Positions 10,171-20,645 of a DNA stretch of 64,000 nt are shown piece by piece. A model generated the notes under the pieces. That model ran no database searches, was not told the DNA's origin, and was given only the letters and a program-made list of their open reading frames with translations. Every line of letters starts with the position of its first letter. Within the stretch, counting starts at the first letter, position 1. Source of the stretch: Candidatus Ozemobacteraceae bacterium (GTDB taxonomy: Bacteria > Muiribacteriota > Ozemobacteria > Ozemobacterales > Ozemobacteraceae); assembly GCA_965140445.1 (NCBI GenBank), contig OZ223236.1:864001-928000 (forward strand). Direction: 5' to 3'. The position numbers and the translations under genes are program-made.

Positions 10171-10476
10171 ATGACTAGAACTTTTAAACTTAGCGGAATT
10201 TACATTATTCTTTTTGCTTTTATTCTTTCTTTTGCTGCTAATACAGCTGCTATGGCTACAAGTAAACAGGAAATTTTTGAACTTAGCCAGAGCATAAGAG
10301 AATTACAAGAAGAAATTCGTGAGCTTCAGGCTGAATTAAGACAGCTTAATGAAGAGGGCGGAGCCGCTGGACAAAAACAAGCTAAGCTTCTTATGCTTCA
10401 GATTAAAGATTTGAAAAAACAGGTTAGTTCTTTGAAGAAACAACTAAAACAAGCTAAGAATCCTGATATGCATTAA
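10171..10476 (+). CDS. Small secreted coiled-coil protein
   Basis: GGAGG RBS, signal peptide and heptad repeats. Confidence 0.7.
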   Translation: MTRTFKLSGIYIILFAFILSFAANTAAMATSKQEIFELSQSIRELQEEIRELQAELRQLNEEGGAAGQKQAKLLMLQIKDLKKQVSSLKKQLKQAKNPDMH

Positions 10477-10530
10477 TTTTGGTAAGAAAAGAAGAACGCA
10501 TAGATCTTTTTCACGAATAATACTCCTAAT

Positions 10531-10564
10531 GAAAATCCCCCACTCGAAAGAGTGGGGGATTTTC
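10531..10564. terminator. Bidirectional intrinsic terminator
   Basis: GAAAATCCCCCACTC-GAAA-GAGTGGGGGATTTTC, a perfect 15-bp stem between convergent genes. Confidence 0.9.
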
Positions 10565-10615
10565 TATTTACTGATAAAGTTCAAAAGTGTTAAAGGGAGA
10601 AAATCGATCCTTTTT

Positions 10616-11554
10616 TTATTTCTTATTGTCCTGCCAGATTGGATCGTTTGGAGTTTTCATGTGAGTTGCATCGACATAGATACCCAGTGCTTTACCACGT
10701 TTAATGAATTTAAAAGGCTTGCCAAGAATTTTAAACTCATTTGATTTCTGGTTATGAACCCTGGCGAATTTTGCTTTTTCAGCAAGCTTATGAACCCATT
10801 CAAAGATTAACTGTGGATCCCACATTTCCAAGGGAACATACTCTTCGTTCTTTTTTGCCCAATGCGCTGTAAACAAGAGTTTTCTCAAAGACACTTTGTT
10901 TCCTGTGACAGGTCCGCCAACCAGTGATTTTGGCATCTTAACTCTGCGAATCCATTCCTTTTCAAATACCGGATCAATCATATTGCCAACATCGAGAAAA
11001 CTTACTGCGAAAGCAGAACAACCGGCACCAAGGCCTTTTCTTGGTTCATTCATGCCATTATAGGTTTTATCATAACCTTTGGCTCTATATTCTGTAAGAT
11101 AGGTCTGCATTCTTTTATACATTTCGTTAGTTACTTTAAACTTAAGAAATGTGACTTTGCCAGTTTTGTATCTGTCTTTTAATTCTCCGTCCAGCTTTTT
11201 CCCGTCATCAAGGGCGCCTTTCATAGGGGCAAACAAAACGCCCAGCCCATAACCGTGCTTTGTTATAAAGTCTGCGTCTGAAGGAGCATCTGGGGCAGTT
11301 GTCATACCAGTTATCTCGCGTTCTCCGTTTGGACCGGTGAGCTCCATGAAACAATGGCCAATGCTATGCTTGTTTTTGCCATGTTCAAAAACTAGTTTGC
11401 CTTTAACTCCAGCGCCAAAAGCAAGTTTGAGTGGAGAAGACCAATCTAGTGGCACTGCTGGTGGAAAGGAATATACGGTTAGTTCCTGTGCGAAACCAAG
11501 TTGTAAGCCAGAAACAACAAATAACGCTAAAATAATAAAAACGGTTTTTCTCAT
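10616..11554 (-). CDS. Secreted protein, possibly a circularly permuted papain-like cysteine hydrolase
   Basis: Signal peptide. The His motif (SIGHCFMEL) precedes the Cys motif (GAGCSAFAVSFL). Confidence 0.45.
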   Translation of the reverse strand: MRKTVFIILALFVVSGLQLGFAQELTVYSFPPAVPLDWSSPLKLAFGAGVKGKLVFEHGKNKHSIGHCFMELTGPNGEREITGMTTAPDAPSDADFITKHGYGLGVLFAPMKGALDDGKKLDGELKDRYKTGKVTFLKFKVTNEMYKRMQTYLTEYRAKGYDKTYNGMNEPRKGLGAGCSAFAVSFLDVGNMIDPVFEKEWIRRVKMPKSLVGGPVTGNKVSLRKLLFTAHWAKKNEEYVPLEMWDPQLIFEWVHKLAEKAKFARVHNQKSNEFKILGKPFKFIKRGKALGIYVDATHMKTPNDPIWQDNKK

Positions 11555-11615
11555 TTTCTTCCCCTAAAATTCAATGTACAAATAATTATAATGAAAATAT
11601 AACTATTCAGGAAGC

Positions 11616-11650
11616 AAAAAAAAGCCTCATGGTTTCCCATGAGGCTTTTT
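11616..11650 (-). terminator. Intrinsic terminator of the clostripain gene
   Basis: AAAAAGCCTCATGG-TTTC-CCATGAGGCTTTTT with a U-tract on the minus strand. Confidence 0.85.
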
Positions 11651-11660
11651 GATTTAAAAC

Positions 11661-13016
11661 TTATTTTGTTTTAAGTTCTTCTACAAGGCTGCGAACGTTG
11701 TTGGCTGTTACTTCATCAAGACCACCTTCAGTGAAAGTGCGGAAGTTGATTTTGCTTACTACTGCTGCACAAACATCTTTGTTTTTATCGTTAGCTGTAG
11801 CTACGAAGTCTTTAAGACTTGCAACGTTACCTTTTTCAAGGTCAGCTGCGATAGTTTTTGCAGTTGATTTTGTGTAGTAATCTTTTACCATTGGTTCCCA
11901 GTTGGTAGCAGTGGCGAAATCAAGTTCTTTGTATGCAGCTGAGAAGCTGTAAGAAGAAGTTGGGAAGTAAATAGCAATTCCGTCTGCGTTGTTGCAGCTG
12001 TATCCGCTAAGACCATTTTCGATGATCATGTCTTTGCAAGCTGCTTCAAGTTTAGTTGCTGCAGTCTGGAAGCCTTCGTCTTTAATTGTGTTTTTTACAA
12101 GAGATACGAAGTGTGGAAGATCAATGTTAGTTCTGTAATAGAATTTCTGAACTTTGTTCAAAGCATCTTTGAACTGTGCAGAATAGTCAGCAGCCATAGC
12201 GGCTTTTCCGAAACCATTGATTGCATCACATACTGCATCAATTTTAGTGCAGTCAAGAGCAGACTGTGTAGCTGAAGAAGATCCAGCGCTTCCACCATTA
12301 TAGGAAACTGCATATTCTTTTACGATAGTCTGAGCAAGTTCTTTTGGACTCATACCTTTTGTGAAAGCATTACCTATATCATCATAGCAGTAACCTTCAC
12401 CTGGTTCTGTCTGTTCAGAAGCAACGAGGTAAGAAACGTGATCTTTTACTGCATAAGCAACTTCGATCATCTGCATGAGACAAGCATCGAAGCAAAGAAC
12501 GTCAAGTTTTTTACCAAGATTCTGTTCGATTTCTTTAGTAGCAGTAGTGAGCTGAGCTGTTGTGATGTGGTTGTTAGAAGAATCATCATAAGAAATACCT
12601 TTGATGATTTCGCCATTAGCGTCTTTCCAACCAGAACCATGATTCCAGATAACTGCTGCATAATGTTTTGCAGGATAAGCCTTAGCTGTTTCAGTTACGA
12701 ATTTAACGAATTCTTTATAGTCGCCCATATCGAGTTCGCCCATATCTTTTATAACTTCAGCGCCGTCTTTTTTTACATAATTAAGAGTTGCTGGGCCATG
12801 TTCGCGATCGATTAAACATACGATGTTGCGATATTCGTTAGATCCACCACCAAGTGCCATTTCGTTCAAATCGTCAGCACCAAATGAATCCAAATTGTTG
12901 TCAGCATTCAGGAAAACCATGAATGTCCATTCTTTCTGGGCAGCGCTTACTGGCGCACAAAAAGCACAAGCTACAAGAGCCAAAATCAAAATACTCATTA
13001 CTCTTCTCATTCTCAT
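11661..13016 (-). CDS. Secreted clostripain-family (C11) cysteine peptidase
   Basis: Signal peptide, WTFMVFLNADNNL, catalytic His in WNHGSGW, catalytic Cys in FDACLM, and ASEQTEPG. Confidence 0.92.
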   Translation of the reverse strand: MRMRRVMSILILALVACAFCAPVSAAQKEWTFMVFLNADNNLDSFGADDLNEMALGGGSNEYRNIVCLIDREHGPATLNYVKKDGAEVIKDMGELDMGDYKEFVKFVTETAKAYPAKHYAAVIWNHGSGWKDANGEIIKGISYDDSSNNHITTAQLTTATKEIEQNLGKKLDVLCFDACLMQMIEVAYAVKDHVSYLVASEQTEPGEGYCYDDIGNAFTKGMSPKELAQTIVKEYAVSYNGGSAGSSSATQSALDCTKIDAVCDAINGFGKAAMAADYSAQFKDALNKVQKFYYRTNIDLPHFVSLVKNTIKDEGFQTAATKLEAACKDMIIENGLSGYSCNNADGIAIYFPTSSYSFSAAYKELDFATATNWEPMVKDYYTKSTAKTIAADLEKGNVASLKDFVATANDKNKDVCAAVVSKINFRTFTEGGLDEVTANNVRSLVEELKTK

Positions 13017-13166
13017 TACTCCTTATAAATCTTATTGAACCATACATCTGGTTTAAGTTCTTCAATTATAAGAATCAAAAGGTACCCTGTCAAGTTGCCA
13101 TAAAACTTTTTTTATTATTGAAAACGCTTACTAGAAGCCAGACTTAGGTTGATTGTAAGATGTTGC

Positions 13167-13208
13167 AAAAAAAAAAGTGAAAGTCCTGTTCGGAACTTTC
13201 ACTTTTTT
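13167..13208 (-). terminator. Intrinsic terminator
   Basis: AAAAAAGTGAAAGT...ACTTTCACTTTTTT inverted repeat downstream of the second clostripain. Confidence 0.75.
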
Positions 13209-13220
13209 CATGTTGTTTAT

Positions 13221-14579
13221 TTATAGACTCTTTAACGTATTCATAAGCTCATCAACCTGTGCTTTAATGGCTTCAGGCAATTTATTTTCTGAATAGAATT
13301 CGTAGTTAAGTTCTCTTACTACAACTCTGATAAGAGATTTTTCTTCAGGGTTTGATTCAGCATAGGCTACGAATTTTTTAAGAGCATCAACGCTTCCTGT
13401 TTCAACATTCTCAACTATTTTCAAGGCGATATCATTACGTTTCATTTGATTGATCATATCGTCCCAGAGAGTTTCCTTTGAGAATCTTAATCCCAGGTAT
13501 TTGCTTTCAAGTGAGTAATCCCAAGGGAGACAGATCGCAATACCTTTTGAATTTTTTGTAGAAAAACCAGTGATGTAATTTTCTACTATGGCGTCTTTAG
13601 AAGCTGCAATTATTTTGTCACAGGCAGTTTTCATTGATTCATCGCCTTTAAGCTCAGCTTTAAGAAGTTCTGCAAAATGAATTAGATCGATGTTTTCGGG
13701 ATACTCAAATTTTTGAACTTTTCTTAAAACCTTATTAAAAGATGCCGCGTATTTTCCGCTCATTGCTGATTTTGCAAATCCATTGATTGCATCTACAAGA
13801 GCGTTCATTTTAGACATATCAAGTGCTGACTGAGTTGAATCGCTAAATCCCTGACTACCACTGTTGTAAGATTTTCCAAATGCCTGAACCCAGTTTTTGC
13901 TGAATGCAAGTGCGTCAAAATCTTTTCTTACTCCAGAAAGGATATCATCATAAGGTGCGCCTTTTCCTGGCTCAACTTCTTCAGAAGCAACCATGTATCT
14001 GCAATGATCTTTACAAACATAAGCGACTTCAACAAGTTGCATCAGACAAGCGTCCATATTCAGAACATCAACTTTTTGTCCGAGGATCTTTTCAATCTCG
14101 GCCATGGCAATACCAAGCTGTGGGTTAGTGATATGGTTTCTTGATGAATCATCATAAGAAATTCCTCTTACGATGTTTTTGTCGAGTTTTTTCCATCCAG
14201 AGCCGTGATTCCAGATTGTGAAAGAATAATGTTTTGCCGGGTAATTTTCTTTTATGAATTTGGCAAATTTAACGAATTCTCTGTAGTCGCCCATGTCAAG
14301 TTCGCCAAGGTCTCTAATTTTTTTTATGTTACCTTTTTCAATGTAGTTAATGCACGCTGGTCCTCTTTCACGATCGATAAGAGAAACAATGTTTAACCAT
14401 TCGTTGGAGCCGACTTTACTCATTTCTTTCTGATCTTCTACTCCAAACGGATCAAGATTGTTGTCCGCGTTCAAAAAGACGGCTACTGTCCATTCCTTCA
14501 TTGGAACGGCATATGATGTGGTACAAAAGGGTGAAAGTAAAATGGCTGCAAGGATGAATATACTATATACTCGCTTCAT
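13221..14579 (-). CDS. Secreted clostripain-family (C11) cysteine peptidase, tandem paralog
   Basis: WTVAVFLNADNNL, WNHGSGW, MDACLM and ASEEVEPG. Collinear with 11661-13016. Confidence 0.92.
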   Translation of the reverse strand: MKRVYSIFILAAILLSPFCTTSYAVPMKEWTVAVFLNADNNLDPFGVEDQKEMSKVGSNEWLNIVSLIDRERGPACINYIEKGNIKKIRDLGELDMGDYREFVKFAKFIKENYPAKHYSFTIWNHGSGWKKLDKNIVRGISYDDSSRNHITNPQLGIAMAEIEKILGQKVDVLNMDACLMQLVEVAYVCKDHCRYMVASEEVEPGKGAPYDDILSGVRKDFDALAFSKNWVQAFGKSYNSGSQGFSDSTQSALDMSKMNALVDAINGFAKSAMSGKYAASFNKVLRKVQKFEYPENIDLIHFAELLKAELKGDESMKTACDKIIAASKDAIVENYITGFSTKNSKGIAICLPWDYSLESKYLGLRFSKETLWDDMINQMKRNDIALKIVENVETGSVDALKKFVAYAESNPEEKSLIRVVVRELNYEFYSENKLPEAIKAQVDELMNTLKSL

Positions 14580-14726
14580 TCTCGGTCTCCTGCCTTATAA
14601 TCTTATCCGGGAATGCATAGTCCGGAATTATCTAATTGTACCTATACTTAAAGAACTGCGCAAGATGTGGAAGAAAAAATGTTGGAAAAATTTGAGAAAT
14701 AGTTCAAACTTATTCCAGGTAAACTT

Positions 14727-15194
14727 ATGAAAAATTTTAAATTATGCACGGCAGAACCTTCAGAGGCTAAAGCTCTTCACCAGTTTGAGAAAAAGTGTTT
14801 TCAACACAAGGTGGATCAGTTTCCTGTCCGAAATCTTAGGTACATGATTAAATCCAAAACCTGTATTACTCTTCTATTAAAAGATAAAGAGGGGAAAATT
14901 GCAGGAGAAGTCATTGGTTTTTTACGACATTTTAAAATTCCATCAGGAAGGGTTTATAAAATTGGCGTTGACCCGGAAATCCAGGCCAAGGGGGTTGGTA
15001 GCTATCTTCTTAAAGAGATTGAATCAATCTTCAAAAAAAGTGGAATGGTTAAAAGCTGTGCCGAAGTTAGGGTTGGGAACGCTTCTTCAAGGGCAATGTT
15101 TTGTAAGAATGGGTATAAACTATCTGGCGATCTTCCTGGGTATTATGCAAATGGAGAAGATGGTGTGAAATTCTGGAAAGTTCTTTCCAAATAG
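14727..15194 (+). CDS. GNAT family N-acetyltransferase (RimI-like)
   Basis: IGVDPEIQAKGVG acetyl-CoA motif, EVRVGN and YYANGEDG. Confidence 0.85.
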   Translation: MKNFKLCTAEPSEAKALHQFEKKCFQHKVDQFPVRNLRYMIKSKTCITLLLKDKEGKIAGEVIGFLRHFKIPSGRVYKIGVDPEIQAKGVGSYLLKEIESIFKKSGMVKSCAEVRVGNASSRAMFCKNGYKLSGDLPGYYANGEDGVKFWKVLSK

Positions 15195-15232
15195 CCCTGA
15201 GCCTGATTAAAATTGTTTTTTTGACATAAAAT

Positions 15233-15255
15233 AGAGGCAGCGTGAAGCTGCCTCT
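15233..15255. terminator. Hairpin between convergent genes
   Basis: AGAGGCAGC-GTGAA-GCTGCCTCT. Confidence 0.55.
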
Positions 15256-15300
15256 TAAATATGGAGGGATCAAAATTTTAATTCAGAGTTGTGTCGGGTT

Positions 15301-16257
15301 TTAAGCGCTTGTATCCAGGAAAGGAGCACTCAATCCTGTTGGATTAGTCGCTAATTCCGATTTGTTGTCGAGAATCTTTCCGCCAAACGGAGAAGATTCA
15401 AAAAACTTTTTCATCATTTGCTGCTGGAACTTTTGGGTGTAATCAAGAAATGTTTTCAAAAATTCTTTGTAGTCAGCAGGTTTCATTTTTACTGAAGGGT
15501 CCATGACCATTGAAATAAGATCTGAGTTTTCGGAGTCATTTCCATTTTCAGTAGCTATTGCTGAAGCATCTGCTGTTACAGCATCGTCAGAATCCGGGAG
15601 TTCAATTTGTTCTTCTGAGCCGCCCATTGCAGCTTCTCTTGTGGCTCCCACGTCGCTGATAAATGCTTTTGCCTGATTAGCCATTTGCTCCTGAATGGCA
15701 TCAAAGGTACCGCCAGCGTTCCCGTAAACGCTTTCCAATTTATTAAAAAAGTCTTCTGATTCCTGCAGGAAATTTTCTAATGATTCAGGGCTAAGATCTG
15801 CCAATCCTTCCACTGCATCAAAGAATTCTCCTGTTACTTCCGGATCGATGTTTAAACTTGCGTCAGTGCTTTTCATAAAAGAACCTACTGGATCTATTTT
15901 TAATGAAAAGTTCCCCATGAAAGTTTCAGAAACTGAGCTGCTCACTTCGTAAAATCGTTCAGCTCCCTTTTGCCCCATTTTTGCTTCAACCTTTTGAGAT
16001 AGTTCATAGAATAGGTCGAATTGGAACGAAATATTGAGTTTGGGGTCTTTAGAATTGCCGGTAGCATCAACTTCTTCTTCTGATGTTGTAACTTCCGGGG
16101 ATTTTTCGAATGTATCAACAGGCATTAACCCCTTTTTGTTTTCCAGCTCATAAGGTTTTTTTGAATCTAAAACCGAAGCTTGTTGGGGTTGATTGAATTT
16201 TAACTTTAAACTCTCAAGCAGTGACCTTCCCTGGTCCATGTTAAATTTGACGTCCAT
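15301..16257 (-). CDS. Acidic hypothetical protein
   Basis: 318-aa ORF with an AGGAGG RBS. No family recognised. Confidence 0.7.
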   Translation of the reverse strand: MDVKFNMDQGRSLLESLKLKFNQPQQASVLDSKKPYELENKKGLMPVDTFEKSPEVTTSEEEVDATGNSKDPKLNISFQFDLFYELSQKVEAKMGQKGAERFYEVSSSVSETFMGNFSLKIDPVGSFMKSTDASLNIDPEVTGEFFDAVEGLADLSPESLENFLQESEDFFNKLESVYGNAGGTFDAIQEQMANQAKAFISDVGATREAAMGGSEEQIELPDSDDAVTADASAIATENGNDSENSDLISMVMDPSVKMKPADYKEFLKTFLDYTQKFQQQMMKKFFESSPFGGKILDNKSELATNPTGLSAPFLDTSA

Positions 16258-16418
16258 TTTTGCCTCCTTGCATTATGGGACTTTTTGCTCTCTTTAATAC
16301 TCATCGACAAAATTGAGAGAAATTGTAATGCTAAAAATAGGCAAAATACGACTCAAAACTGATTAATATTGCGTTTAAAACTTAAAAAACATAAAAAGAG
16401 TCTAAAAACCTTAAAAAA

Positions 16419-17666
16419 TCAAAGCTTTTCTAACTCTTTACTCTCTTCGTTGTTGGGGTTTTCTTCTGTTTTTTTCTTTTTTAATTCTAGCTTTTTGGCT
16501 ATTTCAGAGGCTTTATCCAATTTTCCAGGTGAGGAAAACAACTCGGAGATAAACGTTTTGAAAGTTGTATATTTATTTTCATTTACTTTGAGAGAGTTAA
16601 GAATTTCTGGTGAATTTATCAGATTCAGAGCTTCAATAATTGAATTTCTTATTTGTATGCTCTCTTCTTTTGTTTCCAACTCTATATTTAATTTTTGTTT
16701 TTCCTTTGTGGAGTTATGTATGTGGAATCGGTTTAGTTCTGTTGAATTAGATTTTTTAATTAAATCTTCGTAGTAGCTTTTATCTATTTTGTTGAGTTTT
16801 GCTATGAGGTGGTCAAGCCCTTTTAAATGAGTATTAATTTGTCTTAGGGATATTCCGAGCTCTATTCTGGATTTTGCATAAAATTTTCCAGCTTCAGCAA
16901 GCATTAATCTGTTTGTGGGAGAGGATAGAAGATAATTGATTTGTTCTAACTGAATTAATGCTGTATCAATCTGAATATCAACTTTTCTTAACAGTTGAGT
17001 TAATCTTTTATTTTCTTTGAGCAGAACTCTTGTAGTTCTGGATGCCTGCTTGAAAACAGGGCCAGATAAGCTTCTTTTTTCATTGTATACAAAGTGAGAA
17101 ATGGCTTTTTCAAGATTGGCAGTTTTTTTTAACAGATTAGCTATCTGCAATTTTGTTAGTTTAGAAAATGTTTTTAATAGAGCGTGGTCGGGTAAAGAGG
17201 ATGTTTTTTTATCCTGAAGAGATCTAAGAAAACCGGTTTCGTTCTCGTGCTGATGGATCAGGTTGTTTAGAGCAAAACAAACTTGATAAAAAGAAACAGG
17301 GATTATGAACTGATCCGAAAGGGCATTAAATAAAATTTTAGTGGATTCTTTGTGGCAATCCAGAAGTTTTTGAAGCTCATAAGGAGTGATTTGCTTTTCT
17401 TTGCATATTGCTATCGTTAAGGTTAAAAGTTCTGAGGTGTTTGAAGCCAGATCCTTTTTAAATTCGATTAGCTTGACTAAGGTTTCAAGCTTTTTGCCAG
17501 TTATTGGACTAATGGGGGCTAATCTTTCTAATGCTGGTTCAAAGGCTTTGGCTGCATCTTTTTTTATTCTTTTCTTTTCAGAATCCTCTTTTGAAAAAGA
17601 AGTGTTAGTTATTAATAAAGAAAAAACCACTATTAAAGCGGCGTTGAATAAGCAATTGTTCTTCAT
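16419..17666 (-). CDS. Secreted helical hypothetical protein
   Basis: 415-aa ORF with a signal peptide, K/L/E-rich. Confidence 0.65.
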   Translation of the reverse strand: MKNNCLFNAALIVVFSLLITNTSFSKEDSEKKRIKKDAAKAFEPALERLAPISPITGKKLETLVKLIEFKKDLASNTSELLTLTIAICKEKQITPYELQKLLDCHKESTKILFNALSDQFIIPVSFYQVCFALNNLIHQHENETGFLRSLQDKKTSSLPDHALLKTFSKLTKLQIANLLKKTANLEKAISHFVYNEKRSLSGPVFKQASRTTRVLLKENKRLTQLLRKVDIQIDTALIQLEQINYLLSSPTNRLMLAEAGKFYAKSRIELGISLRQINTHLKGLDHLIAKLNKIDKSYYEDLIKKSNSTELNRFHIHNSTKEKQKLNIELETKEESIQIRNSIIEALNLINSPEILNSLKVNENKYTTFKTFISELFSSPGKLDKASEIAKKLELKKKKTEENPNNEESKELEKL

Positions 17667-17803
17667 ATAAAAAATCCCCGTTGATCTTTCTTAGATAGAG
17701 TCATTTCAGACAATACCATAAGGAATCTCTTCGGGGAAGTTTTAAGTCACCTGTCAGGCGACTTTGAGTAATGAGTATAGAGTAATAAGTAGTAATTTAA
17801 CTT

Positions 17804-18343
17804 TTAGAAGGAATCTCCTATTTTTCCGCCTTTATACTTCTTTTGAAAAGTCAGAGGAGGGAAAGCTACCTGTGCAGCGCCTTGAATAGAATTCATATTT
17901 CCATACCAGGTATAGGTTCTGGTGATAGGGTTGAGAGATGCATACATTTCTGCTTTGCCATCCCCGTCAGCATCAACATAAATTTTGTCAGAAACTCCGT
18001 CATGATCAATGTCGTATTCCCATTGATCTATTCGTCCATCAAGATTTCTGTCATACTGATAGTCATCAATGCGTCCGTCAAAATTGCGATCGGTCGCCCA
18101 GTAGTCGCCCTTTCCATCTCCGTTTCTGTCAGCAATAATAAGATCAATTCTTCCGTCAGCATTTCTGTCGAATTGTCCGTTTGTTTTTGCCTTTGCAGAA
18201 AAGCTATAGGCCATGTCGGGGTTCATAGATTCTTGAGAGAGGGTTTCCCACTCTTTTAGATCGTCTCCCATAGCATGAGCCGCAATTACAGCTGTTGCGC
18301 AGAATGTTAAGAGCAGGAATAAAAGTTGTTTTGAACAATGCAT
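17804..18343 (-). CDS. Secreted protein with tandem DxDxDG calcium-binding-like repeats
   Basis: Signal peptide. Repeats DRNADG, DRNGDG, DRNFDG, DRNLDG, DIDHDG and DADGDG at about 13-aa spacing. Confidence 0.75.
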   Translation of the reverse strand: MHCSKQLLFLLLTFCATAVIAAHAMGDDLKEWETLSQESMNPDMAYSFSAKAKTNGQFDRNADGRIDLIIADRNGDGKGDYWATDRNFDGRIDDYQYDRNLDGRIDQWEYDIDHDGVSDKIYVDADGDGKAEMYASLNPITRTYTWYGNMNSIQGAAQVAFPPLTFQKKYKGGKIGDSF

Positions 18344-18409
18344 ACCTGACCTCCGTGTGCAAGCATAAATAGAAGGAGTATCAAGATTGCAGGTTTTTGC
18401 AAGGACTTT

Positions 18410-20632
18410 TTAAAAAATTTGAATATAGAAAAAAGTTGCGATAGTTAGAATATTAAAGACAACGCTTAAAAACAGGGATCTACTTTTATAAAAAACAATG
18501 GTTGAGGCAAAGCCTGTAAACAGCCCGAAAATCATGAATGGGGCAGGGAATGCAAAAACAGATAAGAGAGCACATAGCAACATGTTAAGAACGACATTGC
18601 TACCCATTTCCAAACGCTTTTGCAGCCAGCAACGTTTGATGATTACATCATAGATTAACAATGAAAGGAAAATGCTTGAAAATACCAGGATTGCTGATAG
18701 GGTGTCGCTTGCCCCAAGTTCTATGATAGGGCGGAGCAAGTTGGCGAATGCATCAATCGTTGCTTCTGATTTTTCCACCAGTTGATTAGAGAATTTTGCT
18801 ATTAAAATGCATGAGAAAATAGTTAGAGCCGAGTAGGCTGTTAAGTCGTTATTTGATGGCCAGTGTTTGGGGAAAAGGCTGTTGAATAAGCCTTTTCGAT
18901 TGGTCATGAAAGCTAGAAAATAAATGCTACCTGTTGGAATGAAGATCAGGCTGGCGATAAACCAGTGCCATAGTCCTGTGTCAACAAAGGGAGCAACTGA
19001 GATAAAAAAGTGTTTTATGGAAAACTGAAGTCCAATAAAGCAGCTAAGTAAAAGAATTGTGGGGAGATTGCTGGTGTCATTTTTTAAAAAGTTTTCTTTA
19101 TCCAGTCTGAAGAAGAGATCTCTCTGGGCAATCATTTGAAGTGTTGAGCCAATAAGTATAAAGATACACAGTGAGGCTAAAGAGGAATATGACAGATCTT
19201 TTATTGGAATGGCGATTAGCATGCAGGCCATTGCTGCTGCTTTTCCGAGAAGACTGGACTTCTGTTGAAGAATTTTTGATTCAAAACGGGCAAATATTGT
19301 AGACAAGCTAATGCTTACCCAAACACAGCAGATTACAAATATGAATGAATTAAGGCCCGCCTTTAAAGAAGCTTCCCAGTTAAAGTTTAAGAATCGCATG
19401 GCGAAAATCGTTGCTGGTACAAAAATGCTTTGGGCAATTAGAAACCAGAAAAAAAACTTTTTCTTGAGAAACTCGGCTGAGGAAATTGGCAGGGTTTCGA
19501 TAAAGCTTATCGCCTTTCCTTCAGAACCAGTTGAATTCATAGGACCAAACATGCAGAAGTAAATGATTGAGCCGAACAAGATGTTTAGCACATTGGTAAA
19601 GACATTTAGATTGAAAACATCTTTAAGAAAATAGATTTCAAGAATTATAATTGAAATCGGCATCATGACTGCGTTTACTAATAGGTTAAGGTCGCTTTTC
19701 ATGAGTAGAACTTCTTTTTGGAAGAATCCGGAGAACCATCTTGATTTCCTTTTTGTAGTTCTCCTTGAAGCAGACTGGCTAAATGTCAGCCAATTCTGCT
19801 TAATTGCCATGGCGAACAAAACTGATCCAAAAATCATTAATGAAGCCCATGCGCTGGACCAATACAGGAAACTGCGATTGAAAGAGACGCTTATTAAAGC
19901 GTCTGCCAGGTAGCTGAATGGCTTAATTAAAATCACAATTGGATTTTTTGATTGATCCAGATTTTGCAGTAGCCAGCTAAAGCTTTTTACTGGAAAGTTT
20001 GAGAAGATGAAATATGGCACCAGGGTTATGAAACCACTGATATATGCAAGAATAGAGAAAAAGTTGTTAATAGCTGTAGTTCGAAAAAATCTTTTGAGAA
20101 CTATTAATAGCAGGTTAATGAATAGCCCGGAAACTAAGCTTATTTGAGCAAAAGCTACGGCGGACAGGATAATTCCGTATACGCTGAAACCATCCCGTAG
20201 AGTAAGTCCAATAAATCCGCTGAATAGAATCAGGAATCCCAGGTAGTCCGTCAGCAGCCTTTCAACAAGTTTAACGAAAATAAGGCTTGAAGAGGGGATA
20301 GGGAGGGAGTTTAAATAGGCAAAGTCTGTGCTTATCTGTCCGGTATTGAGACTGTGACCTGTTAACAGATCTCCAGTAAAGACAATTGATGTGAAATAAA
20401 TCAGCACCATGGCAACCAGCCAATTGAAAACATCTTCGCCAAAGGGCATTCTTCTGAGGCCTGAAATCATGTCTGAAGAGGCCATGGAGATAATCCAGCT
20501 AATAGCCAGAATTCCTGAAATCACTAAAACCAGCTTGCCGAAACTGCCCCAATTTAATAGAGAGTTTTTCAGGAGTCTAAGTTTAAGCTTTAATAAAGCC
20601 TGGGTGCTTGTCAGAAATCCAGGTGTTTCCAT
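18410..20632 (-). CDS. Polytopic membrane protein (putative ABC exporter permease-like)
   Basis: Many TM helices. The YLNSLPI, FFQKEVLLMKSD and SEGKAISFIETLPIS motifs resemble duplicated ABC-2-like permeases. Confidence 0.6.
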   Translation of the reverse strand: METPGFLTSTQALLKLKLRLLKNSLLNWGSFGKLVLVISGILAISWIISMASSDMISGLRRMPFGEDVFNWLVAMVLIYFTSIVFTGDLLTGHSLNTGQISTDFAYLNSLPIPSSSLIFVKLVERLLTDYLGFLILFSGFIGLTLRDGFSVYGIILSAVAFAQISLVSGLFINLLLIVLKRFFRTTAINNFFSILAYISGFITLVPYFIFSNFPVKSFSWLLQNLDQSKNPIVILIKPFSYLADALISVSFNRSFLYWSSAWASLMIFGSVLFAMAIKQNWLTFSQSASRRTTKRKSRWFSGFFQKEVLLMKSDLNLLVNAVMMPISIIILEIYFLKDVFNLNVFTNVLNILFGSIIYFCMFGPMNSTGSEGKAISFIETLPISSAEFLKKKFFFWFLIAQSIFVPATIFAMRFLNFNWEASLKAGLNSFIFVICCVWVSISLSTIFARFESKILQQKSSLLGKAAAMACMLIAIPIKDLSYSSLASLCIFILIGSTLQMIAQRDLFFRLDKENFLKNDTSNLPTILLLSCFIGLQFSIKHFFISVAPFVDTGLWHWFIASLIFIPTGSIYFLAFMTNRKGLFNSLFPKHWPSNNDLTAYSALTIFSCILIAKFSNQLVEKSEATIDAFANLLRPIIELGASDTLSAILVFSSIFLSLLIYDVIIKRCWLQKRLEMGSNVVLNMLLCALLSVFAFPAPFMIFGLFTGFASTIVFYKSRSLFLSVVFNILTIATFFYIQIF

Positions 20633-20645
20633 GGTTTATCCGAAG

